Origin: an uncultured Methanosarcinales archaeon
GTDB lineage: Archaea > Nanobdellota > Nanobdellia > Woesearchaeales > ARS49
NCBI GenBank assembly: GCA_964637115.1
Contig: CAZWVL010000001.1
Location: 1 to 64,000 of the forward strand
Direction of reading: 5' to 3'
DNA length: 64,000 bases
Position 1 is the first letter of the stretch. Each line of letters begins with the position of its first letter. The position numbers were made by a program, and so were the translations under genes. The notes below the pieces were generated by a model, which worked only from the letters and a program-made list of their open reading frames with translations, made no database searches and had not been told where the DNA came from. This document shows, piece after piece, positions 56,470-64,000 of the stretch.

Positions 56470-57984
56470 ATGAAAAAGACACTTGCAGCGCTCTTGATGG
56501 CAGGAGCATCGCTTATAGGATGCGATAAACCAAAGCAAAAATTGGTAATTCAGCCTATTGAGCAGACTGTCAAAGTGCAGAGGCCTGTAAGCGATAATCA
56601 AGCGGAATCTGAAGACGAAGCACAATTGAGAAAACTCATAGAAAAAGAGATGCGAAAACAGGATGCCTGGGCAGCAGATGTTGTGCGTCAAAACTATACC
56701 ACTGCAGAAGGCACTGAATGGGTCAGCTTAGTTCGTGAAAAAAAGATGAAAAGTGAAAAACTTATCGGCCACATTGCCGCATACAGCGAAAAAGACGACC
56801 AAATCATACTGCCAATGAGCGAAAAGCCAGAGGAAGACGCGCAGCTTATCGATGCTGTAGACCACGAGCTCTGGCACGTAATATTTGATCACGAAGGAAA
56901 CAAGGGAGTTTTCTTTGGCAAAAACTACAAAGGGCCAACTGAAGCAGACGTTACAGCACACTGCAATGCAAAAATGATGCAGCCAGAATACGCAAAACTC
57001 AAACAAGATGTCAACATCAGCCTTCGACTGGATGCAATTAACAGAAAAATCAACGACCTTGCCTCTTTCTACTCAAACCTTCTGATCCAATCATTAGAGA
57101 AGCAAACCAAGATTTCAAAAGAGCTTGAAGAAATGCCAGAAAAAACTCTTGGATTTATATCAGAAGCAGACAGGACAAAAGCAAATGAAACACTCCAACG
57201 CGTCCAGGAATCATACACAAAGCTTCGAGAAGAGTTTATGAGCCTAAAAAAATGGTATGAGCAAAGTCTTGTCCCGCTTGGCAATTCAGCACTTACACCT
57301 GAACGCATTTCATCCATTGAAAAAGAAGTTGAGCAGAAAGCAAGTTTGCTTCAGCCGCACGCAAGCTTAGGAAAGGATACTGAAAAAGCAAGCGATTTGA
57401 TCTACACTATTGTTTTTGCGGCACAAGACAAAGCACACGAAGCACGTGTTGCAGAACTAAAAAAGCAAATCGAAGCCAATGAATTTGGCAGGCGTGAAAC
57501 ATATGAAAAACGCCTCAACTCTGAAAATAAGTTTCACGAATTGAGCAAAGAAATGCGTTCTCTACGCAAAATGAACCTTTCAGACTTAAATATGTCACGA
57601 CTTGATTCCGTTATGGGCGAGCTGAAAGGCAGCTTAAATGAGCAAAGGCTGAATGATATTTTCAGCCCAAACGAAACAATGGCGCGCATTGTAGATGCAA
57701 TGTACAGCCTTGACTTCGGCCAGCCAACACTACAGAAATTCCAGCCGTCTGAAAATGATTTAGAATTCCTTTTACGCTTCACCTACAGAGGACAGCCGCT
57801 ATTCCGAAAAGGTGTCGAAAAGTACAGGCTTGGAATTCAAATGACAAAGGACGGCATTACGCCTGAAAAAATCAAGGAACAGCTTGAGTATGCCACGGAA
57901 TTCTCGTACAAAGGAAAAACGTACAGCTGGCCGGAAACAGACTTCAGAATAAAGGGCTCCATACCACATGATGAAAAAGATTAA
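56470..57984 (+). CDS. Lipoprotein-like protein with HExxH (zincin-like) motif and coiled coils
   Basis: Lipobox SLIG-C; IDAVDHELWHVIFD. Confidence 0.8.
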   Translation: MKKTLAALLMAGASLIGCDKPKQKLVIQPIEQTVKVQRPVSDNQAESEDEAQLRKLIEKEMRKQDAWAADVVRQNYTTAEGTEWVSLVREKKMKSEKLIGHIAAYSEKDDQIILPMSEKPEEDAQLIDAVDHELWHVIFDHEGNKGVFFGKNYKGPTEADVTAHCNAKMMQPEYAKLKQDVNISLRLDAINRKINDLASFYSNLLIQSLEKQTKISKELEEMPEKTLGFISEADRTKANETLQRVQESYTKLREEFMSLKKWYEQSLVPLGNSALTPERISSIEKEVEQKASLLQPHASLGKDTEKASDLIYTIVFAAQDKAHEARVAELKKQIEANEFGRRETYEKRLNSENKFHELSKEMRSLRKMNLSDLNMSRLDSVMGELKGSLNEQRLNDIFSPNETMARIVDAMYSLDFGQPTLQKFQPSENDLEFLLRFTYRGQPLFRKGVEKYRLGIQMTKDGITPEKIKEQLEYATEFSYKGKTYSWPETDFRIKGSIPHDEKD

Positions 57985-58079
57985 GTTTTATATAAATTCT
58001 ACAGGTTAAATATAAAACGCTGAAAGACAATCATATAGAAACTACATCTTAAAAGAGGCAAGTACTGGAGGGAGTGACA

Positions 58080-58226
58080 ATGGAGCCAATAAAATACTTT
58101 GATGCAGTAGATATGGTAGAGCCGCACTGCAAGGGATGCCAGCATATCATGCATTACGACAAAGACGCTACTTTTGACAACGAAAAACAAGTATTGAACT
58201 GCAGATATTGCGGAACTGTTCTATAG
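58080..58226 (+). CDS. 48-aa zinc-ribbon microprotein, absent from the ORF track
   Basis: Translates MEPIKYFDAVDMVEPHCKGCQHIMHYDKDATFDNEKQVLNCRYCGTVL*; GGAGGGAG RBS. Confidence 0.75.
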   Translation: MEPIKYFDAVDMVEPHCKGCQHIMHYDKDATFDNEKQVLNCRYCGTVL

Positions 58227-58304
58227 AGGACTTTGAATAACTATATTTTTGTCAAAGTCCTCTTAGAGAATTTTGACTATTTTGATAGATATTCAAAATT
58301 CTCT
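58225..58304. repeat. Double-hairpin REP-like repeat, copy 3
   Basis: AGAGGACTTTGAA..GTCAAAGTCCTCT-T-AGAGAATTTTGAC..TTCAAAATTCTCT. Confidence 0.9.
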
Positions 58305-58314
58305 TTAGAAAGCA

Positions 58315-58364
58315 TCGAAAATCCTAGATTTTCGGGGCTCTCGAAATCCCTCAAGGGATTTCGA
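58315..58364. repeat. Pair of TCGAAATC-type hairpins adjoining repeat copy 3
   Basis: CGAAAATC-CTA-GATTTTCG and TCGAAATCCC-TCAA-GGGATTTCGA; similar to 22926-22951. Confidence 0.7.
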
Positions 58365-58399
58365 AAGCTTTAAAAAGCCCCCACTATAACCGCAAACAC

Positions 58400-58963
58400 A
58401 TGGGTGTCTACAAATATTTAGTGCAGAACTGGCGGGAAAACCAGATGACGGCAGATTTGAAGCGTGCCCGCTTAATAGCATGGCGACGCGAGCCTGCCAC
58501 TAACAGAATAGAACATCCTACAAGACTTGACAGGGCACGCGCACTTGGTTATAGGGCAAAACTTGGCGTGTTTATTGCAAGACAAAGAGTCAGCAGAGGC
58601 TCGCACCGAAGACCAGACTGGAGCGGTGGAAGACATTCACACAACATGGGCGCGCGCATGAACTTGCGCAAGAATTACCAATTAATAGCAGAAGAAAGAG
58701 CTGCTCAAACATATCCAAACTGTGAAGTTCTCAACTCATATTATGTAACAGAAGACGGCAAACATTATTGGTTTGAAGTAATCTTTGCAGACAGCGCACA
58801 CCCAAGCGTGCTGGCTGACAAAAGAATGGTTGCAGTCAGGCAGCCTGGAAGAGTATTCCGTGGATTAACCAGCGCCGGCAGAAGAACTCGCGGTCTGCTG
58901 AACAAAGGCATGGGTTCAGAAAAAGCCAGGCCGTCACGCAGAGCACATTCACGAAGACTATAA
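58400..58963 (+). CDS. rpl15e: 50S ribosomal protein L15e
   Basis: RIEHPTRLDRARALGY, IAEERA, VLNSYYV.EDG..YWFEVI, RVFRGLTSAGR. Confidence 0.98.
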   Translation: MGVYKYLVQNWRENQMTADLKRARLIAWRREPATNRIEHPTRLDRARALGYRAKLGVFIARQRVSRGSHRRPDWSGGRHSHNMGARMNLRKNYQLIAEERAAQTYPNCEVLNSYYVTEDGKHYWFEVIFADSAHPSVLADKRMVAVRQPGRVFRGLTSAGRRTRGLLNKGMGSEKARPSRRAHSRRL

Positions 58964-58986
58964 TTTTGGAAAACTTTCGGGGCAGT

Positions 58987-59030
58987 GCTGAGCAAGTTCA
59001 GCGTGTCTCAAAATTCAGTGGAATTTCGAG
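58987..59030. repeat. Two short hairpins downstream of rpl15e
   Basis: GCTGAGC/GTTCAGC and CTCAAAATTC-AGTG-GAATTTCGAG, the latter resembling the TCGAAATC hairpin family. Confidence 0.5.
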
Positions 59031-59234
59031 GTGGTTGGTTTGCCCAAAAAGAAGGAAGAAAAACACGAAGAATTAGATAAAGAAGAAGAAACAAACGACG
59101 ACTACGTCAAGGACGACGAGAAAGACCTTGCAGTCAAGGACGACGACGTCGAGTATGAAGAAGATTTAGAAGCTTCTGAAGAAAAAACCGAAGAAACCGA
59201 AGAGCCAGCTGCAGAAGACTGGAGCGACGAGTGA
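59031..59234 (+). CDS. Small highly acidic, probably disordered protein
   Basis: Asp/Glu-dominated ORF; true start may be TTG 59040 after GAGGTG. Confidence 0.6.
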   Translation: MVGLPKKKEEKHEELDKEEETNDDYVKDDEKDLAVKDDDVEYEEDLEASEEKTEETEEPAAEDWSDE

Positions 59235-59339
59235 ATTTTCATCTTTTTTGTTCTATGTTAACTTTCTTAAAGTAGTTACTTAAATTAATAAATAGACTAA
59301 TGTGCAATTATTCTATATTTACGCGAGGCGGATTAGAAG

Positions 59340-60137
59340 ATGAGAAACACACAAGGTTCTTTTGGTTTATCTGTTATGATAGTGGCAGTAATTGCTTCAC
59401 TAATTGTAATATTGGCAACGGTTGCACAATACCCCACACCAACAATTAGTCCTACAATTACACCTACTGCTCCGCCGACACCCGATCCGACTTCAACGCC
59501 GACACCGACTGAGATATCGTTCACGCCTACACCGACTGAGGAAAAAGTTGACTTATGCCACAAAAATCGTCCTGACGCACGATACTGGTTTATCATTAAT
59601 GTTGATAAATCCGCGGAAGCAGCGCATTTAGGTCACGGAGATTTCCCGCCAGACAATCCTCCAATACAGCTGCGAGTGGATTGCCCGAAATTTCACAGTT
59701 GTCCACACGAAGAAGGGGATACAGTGGTACGCGATTGTGGAATGGGACAACGTGCCGGTGTCTGTTCGTGTGGTTGCGAGGTAAAATTGCGTGACGGTAG
59801 TATAAAATTCGAAATCTGCAAACCAAACTCAAATGCGTGCGGTTGGTATAGCTGCAAATACGACATCAAAAAGAGCAAGCTGGTGACCTCATGCGCTGAT
59901 ACCCCTGTTCTCAGCCGTCGATTCTGCAGGTGTACTATTCAAGACCGTGAAACTGGTGAAATGAGCGAAGAGGTATGCCACAAAATTGCGAATCACAATT
60001 GCATTTCACAAAATTGTGATGCAAGTCCATTCGATGAGGTGTTGGAAGACTGTACAGATACTGGCAATCGGTGCGAGTGCTTGGTTAAAGTATACACCCC
60101 GCTGAGAGGACATATCGAAAAACGAGGGTGCGTTTGA
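59340..60137 (+). CDS. Membrane-anchored Cys-rich surface protein with Pro/Thr stalk
   Basis: N-terminal TM, PTPT linker, CH..I.V..SA..AHL.HGD motif, about 20 Cys. Confidence 0.8.
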   Translation: MRNTQGSFGLSVMIVAVIASLIVILATVAQYPTPTISPTITPTAPPTPDPTSTPTPTEISFTPTPTEEKVDLCHKNRPDARYWFIINVDKSAEAAHLGHGDFPPDNPPIQLRVDCPKFHSCPHEEGDTVVRDCGMGQRAGVCSCGCEVKLRDGSIKFEICKPNSNACGWYSCKYDIKKSKLVTSCADTPVLSRRFCRCTIQDRETGEMSEEVCHKIANHNCISQNCDASPFDEVLEDCTDTGNRCECLVKVYTPLRGHIEKRGCV

Positions 60138-60219
60138 AAAACTTGAAGCAAAGATTAAGGAACTTCTGGAAAAGTAATTTTTCTAAAATTTTATATGGCG
60201 CTCATATTTCTTGTTTACT

Positions 60220-60624
60220 ATGACAAGACTTGAAGTAAATCATTCTTTGTATATAGTTGCTGGATGGTTCTGGGACTCGCGAACAGAAGACGGTTCAGGC
60301 AGGTATCTATTTGGTGGAGATTTTGAACTTAAGGGGCAGCGCCTTGAAGGACGGTTGTCAGATGATTGCGGAACATCGCGCATTACTGGCGTGATGACGC
60401 CAACGGTGCTTGAATTCAAGAAAACATATAATCCAAATGGCCATCGCAAAAAACTGACATATAATTACAAGTTCGAGAAAAAGAGCGGCATCTGGGTAGG
60501 CGGCTGGCACTGGAATGAAATAGAAACCACTTATGTCGATACTAACCCTTCCCTGCAGGCGCGCTGCCGGACGCTGTGTGTTTGGGATACTTATCTGGCG
60601 ATGAATGCGCTCATTCGACGATAA
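60220..60624 (+). CDS. Hypothetical beta-rich protein
   Basis: ATG 60220 about 24 bp after TTTTATAT; aromatic-rich. Confidence 0.65.
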   Translation: MTRLEVNHSLYIVAGWFWDSRTEDGSGRYLFGGDFELKGQRLEGRLSDDCGTSRITGVMTPTVLEFKKTYNPNGHRKKLTYNYKFEKKSGIWVGGWHWNEIETTYVDTNPSLQARCRTLCVWDTYLAMNALIRR

Positions 60625-60684
60625 GTCCTTTTAATGCCCTTCTTTATATAGCTTCTAATATATAGTCTAAACCGTTCTATTATG

Positions 60685-60704
60685 TTGTCACTTGATAGTG
60701 CTAA
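60685..60704. promoter_or_regulatory. Palindromic motif copy TTGTCAC-TTGATA-GTGCTAA, 12 bp upstream of TATA 60717-60724
   Basis: First 16 nt identical to the copy at 20864. Confidence 0.7.
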
Positions 60705-60763
60705 TTAAACGAAACCTTTATATATTGGTGTTTCTTTTACTCCTCTCTGGGGGTATCAAAACC

Positions 60764-62266
60764 ATGGATAACGATACAAACGAATCACTTGAATCAGTAA
60801 CATCAAGATCTAGCTTCTTCGGCAAAGTTGCAGTTACAGGAGCGTTTTTAGCAACCCTCGCAGGATGTTTCAACGCAGGCGGGCACTACCCAGCAACCCC
60901 AGAAGCACGCGCACGAATCAAAAGAGTGGCAGAAACACAGGATTACAAAGCATCGTTAAGTGATGTTGAAAAAGCCCATTTCTCGCCAGAAGCACTTGAT
61001 CCAACAAAGTCTCCGGCTATTTACCAGTTACCTCCAACGCTTGACGGCGTAATTGACGCTGCAGCAAAGAACGGAACTTTTGCCGCAACAGGACCAGAAG
61101 TTGCAACTTACAATTCAATCAAAGAACAAAACAAAATAATCAATGAACTTGTAAAATCAGCAAACGTCAGACGTGCAGTTGTTAATGATATAAAGCATAA
61201 CGTTTCATACAACGCAATTGTATATGAGCCGGTTTCAAAAACAGACCTTCTGGCAATTGATTACAACTTGAAAAAACTCAGAACAGAAGTTGAAAAAGCA
61301 TCATATGCAGGCAGACAATCATTGCAAACAAAACTTGCAGATGACAAAGAACTGCAGGCAATGCTCAACTGGAACAGAGAGATGCTTGATGGAAAAGAAG
61401 TTGACGGCAAAATGATTGGCGGAATTGCTCAACTTGCAATAGCACGTTCTGACATTAATCACCACGAATTTTTCTTGAGCACCATAAACGAAAGTGAATT
61501 ACTTGCAGGCGCAATCCGCAAAAGCACCACAGGTGCTGACGTTTATGCAAATGGCGAAAAAGCCTGGCAGAAAATAATGAACGATCCTGTAGGCGGCACG
61601 GGCGGCATAATTGATCAGGCAAGCCCTGTTGGAGAGGCATACGGTGACTTCGGCAACAAGAAAATCTCAGAATTATACGAAGCAATCAAGGTAAACTTAC
61701 GCAAAGAAGCAGCAGCATATGGCAGACATTCAAAACACGAAATCGGCCAGAAACACTACTTCCACGCAAAAAGCATACTCGACCAAGCACACGCAATAAA
61801 TGCACTTACAGACGAAGAAGTTGCAGCTGCAGAGAAATATATTACTGCAGACCTTGCAAGCACTGTTAACGGAAACCTGCCGGATGAGCCAAGCGTTGGC
61901 ATTTGTGAAAGACTCTGGTCAATATTTCCATTATGGCAGTTTTACGTTGCATACAGAAGCGCAGGACCTGCATTCTCAAAAGACACTGCAACACCAGACA
62001 GCATAGTTCAATTGCTTGAAGATGGTGCAGTGCAAAGATACGGAGCAGGAACGGGTTCAAACGTAAAGGGAAGCACTGCAGATGACATTTGGGACTTTGC
62101 ATTATCAACAGGCTCAATTGTGGTTGAAGGAGGAGCAACATATTTCCTCGTAAAGGCCTATAACAGACACAAAAAGAGCAGCGACAGCGGAAGCTCAGGG
62201 TCAGGCTCATCAACACCATCGTCAGGCGGTACTGATATTATCACACCGGGAACAGGTCCAAGATGA
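60764..62266 (+). CDS. Lipoprotein-like hypothetical protein
   Basis: FLATLAG-C lipobox after an extended N-region; Ser/Gly-rich tail; start placed at ATG 60764. Confidence 0.8.
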   Translation: MDNDTNESLESVTSRSSFFGKVAVTGAFLATLAGCFNAGGHYPATPEARARIKRVAETQDYKASLSDVEKAHFSPEALDPTKSPAIYQLPPTLDGVIDAAAKNGTFAATGPEVATYNSIKEQNKIINELVKSANVRRAVVNDIKHNVSYNAIVYEPVSKTDLLAIDYNLKKLRTEVEKASYAGRQSLQTKLADDKELQAMLNWNREMLDGKEVDGKMIGGIAQLAIARSDINHHEFFLSTINESELLAGAIRKSTTGADVYANGEKAWQKIMNDPVGGTGGIIDQASPVGEAYGDFGNKKISELYEAIKVNLRKEAAAYGRHSKHEIGQKHYFHAKSILDQAHAINALTDEEVAAAEKYITADLASTVNGNLPDEPSVGICERLWSIFPLWQFYVAYRSAGPAFSKDTATPDSIVQLLEDGAVQRYGAGTGSNVKGSTADDIWDFALSTGSIVVEGGATYFLVKAYNRHKKSSDSGSSGSGSSTPSSGGTDIITPGTGPR

Positions 62267-64000
62267 AAAAGATACTTTTAGCACTACTTGCACTTTTGAT
62301 CGTACCAGCAGTTTATGCAGCAGTTGACGTTACTTATGTGTTCAACCAGAACAATGTTGAAGTAAGCATGTACAACTGCAATGATTCAACCTGTTCACAA
62401 GTAACACCATTCTCAGGCAGTATTATAGATGGACCATCTGTAACAGACGGCACTATTACTATAAGGTATCCAGACGCACTTGCAACACCATTCGGCTATG
62501 CAGGATTCTTTGTCAGCAAAGGATACAGACCATTAGAATTACACTCAACAAGACACACAGGCGGACAAAGCGGACTCGCTCCACCTATAACTGTAAACGC
62601 AGAATTCACAAAATACCCAGTAGTCTGCCGCGCAGTTGTATCAGAATTAAACTTTGTAAACGAATTACAACCAAACATACCATTAGTAGTTAACACCACA
62701 GCAAAACTTGACGCGCAAACATCCTCAGCATTCCAGCTTACAGACAATGATGTTGGTTATGTACCAGCAGAATTCAAGCAGGAATACTACGGCGCAGACA
62801 CAATTGTCAAGATGGAAGTATTGCAGAACAGCAACGTCATACATTCACAACAGCAGGAATTCAGCGCAGTCAAAGGAAACTCACTGATTGCAGACAGCAC
62901 CGTGCCTGTGCAGTTTACCTATTTGCCAAGCGCAACAGGAGACTTCACAGTCAAGGTAACAGCACAAGTCGTTGACGACCAGTGCGCCTCAACAGAAGAC
63001 CAGAACGCACAAGGAGCATTCTCAGTACTCGCTGCAGCGCCACAAGGCCAGTTCTACACAATACTTAACGGATTGACAGTCAACAACACGCACCCGCGCG
63101 TTGGACAGCCAGTCCTTGTTTCATATAACAAGATAACCAACCACGCAGACGGTTCCGGTGTATTAACTCCGATACAAACTAACGTTACATACTCAGTCAA
63201 AAACGGCGCAACAAACGTGTTCAGCCACATTACAACCCTTTACGTGAACCCAGACGCTTTAACACCAGTCACGTACTCATTCGTATTCACGCCAACAGCA
63301 GCAGGCGTACATACTATAACAGTTAATGGTTTCTCAAACTCAATCCTGCCAGTAAGCCAGCTTGAAATAAAGGACACGGAAACAATGCAGTTGAACGTTA
63401 TCGGCTCAATGAGCTACAAAGTAGTATTCTCAGTCAACAACGGAGCAAGCGGATTACCAATAGAAAATGCAACAGTAAGCCTTTCGGGCATAGGAAGCAA
63501 CCTGACAAACGCGCAGGGAGTAATTGTGTTCCCAATAGTACCTGAAGGAATGTACACTTACACAGTATCAGCAGCAAACTTCAGCACAAAGCGCGGCGAC
63601 TTAAGAGTAACAAGCGACGTAACAAAAGCAGTTGTATTACACCCTGGAGAAAATGAATCAGTTGCAAACACTGCACCATACATGAACCTGCCTGACAATT
63701 TCCAATTACAAGTAAACGGCGCAAGAAGCTTCAACTTCTTCCCATACGTACAAGACGACCAAGACCGCGACTCAGAATTAAAGCTAACAGTCATCAGTGG
63801 AGACACTGACATTACAGTTGACATCAACCCAGACGGCCAAGTAACATTCATACCAGACACAGGCTTTACTGGAAGTAACACAATCAGATTCCAATTAAGC
63901 GACACGCAGAACGCAACAGCAACAGACAGCATTGTAGTCAGTGTAGTTGCAGGCGGAGCAGCAGCTCCAGTATTCTCAACAATACCAGAAATCGAAACAA
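62263..64000 (+). CDS. Large secreted Ig-like / PEGA / cadherin-like surface protein, truncated by the window end (absent from the ORF track)
   Basis: ATG overlapping the upstream TGA; signal peptide MKKILLALLALLIVPAVYA; frame read open to 64000; PIENATV..TNAQG..GMYTYTVSA and NTAP..QDD..FIPDTGFTG modules. Confidence 0.88.
   Translation, partial: MKKILLALLALLIVPAVYAAVDVTYVFNQNNVEVSMYNCNDSTCSQVTPFSGSIIDGPSVTDGTITIRYPDALATPFGYAGFFVSKGYRPLELHSTRHTGGQSGLAPPITVNAEFTKYPVVCRAVVSELNFVNELQPNIPLVVNTTAKLDAQTSSAFQLTDNDVGYVPAEFKQEYYGADTIVKMEVLQNSNVIHSQQQEFSAVKGNSLIADSTVPVQFTYLPSATGDFTVKVTAQVVDDQCASTEDQNAQGAFSVLAAAPQGQFYTILNGLTVNNTHPRVGQPVLVSYNKITNHADGSGVLTPIQTNVTYSVKNGATNVFSHITTLYVNPDALTPVTYSFVFTPTAAGVHTITVNGFSNSILPVSQLEIKDTETMQLNVIGSMSYKVVFSVNNGASGLPIENATVSLSGIGSNLTNAQGVIVFPIVPEGMYTYTVSAANFSTKRGDLRVTSDVTKAVVLHPGENESVANTAPYMNLPDNFQLQVNGARSFNFFPYVQDDQDRDSELKLTVISGDTDITVDINPDGQVTFIPDTGFTGSNTIRFQLSDTQNATATDSIVVSVVAGGAAAPVFSTIPEIET

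Noticed and set aside
10080-58304. CRISPR array or integron attC array interpretation of the hairpin repeats
   Set aside because: Copies are tens of kb apart with no regular spacers; no cas or integrase genes; no RYYYAAC/GTTRRRY core sites
60106-60177. Alternative-frame peptide EDISKNEGAFEKLEAKIKELLEK* overlapping the end of the 59340 gene
   Set aside because: Looks like a coiled-coil C-terminus but has no start codon after the preceding TGA; possibly a remnant, not supportable as a gene
323-63932. Numerous short antisense or overlapping ORFs in the track (e.g. 944-1366, 2647-3159, 7768-8235, 18930-19571, 43092-43784)
   Set aside because: They lie opposite well-supported genes and show no motifs or independent expression signals

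Overview
Chromosomal window from an archaeon. Evidence: archaeal ribosomal proteins L10e and L15e, archaeal-type TpiA, family-B DNA polymerase, class III signal peptides, TATA-box promoters with many leaderless starts, and a bulge-helix-bulge tRNA intron. The gene style suggests a DPANN lineage such as Woesearchaeota (inference). Left end: a de novo nucleotide operon (pyrE-pyrF fusion, purL, purQ, purD, purM, purN). The rest mixes housekeeping genes (pgi, tpiA, trxA, dinB, polB, DEAD-box helicase, RNase Z-like, two tRNAs), surface and pilin-like proteins, and an unusual set of bacterial-type signalling or accessory genes: an ECF sigma factor, FecR plus CHASE2 adenylate cyclase, a membrane Ser/Thr kinase, a double receiver protein and several lipobox proteins. 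Main observations: (1) a palindromic motif, roughly (T/C)ACT-N4-AGTG, lies 11-13 bp upstream of the TATA box of seven accessory transcription units, including the ECF sigma factor, and over the start of an eighth, suggesting a regulon; (2) a cytidine-deaminase-fold protein has 102 residues between its two putative zinc-binding cysteines; (3) an atypical class II tRNA combines a T-loop intron, a Ser-like acceptor with G73, a Sec-like D-arm and a GAG anticodon; (4) a dispersed covarying double-hairpin repeat family occurs three times, one copy interrupted by a 106-bp mini-element. No CRISPR array, rRNA, integrase or transposase was recognised. All calls are from reading the sequence by eye; no database searches were run.
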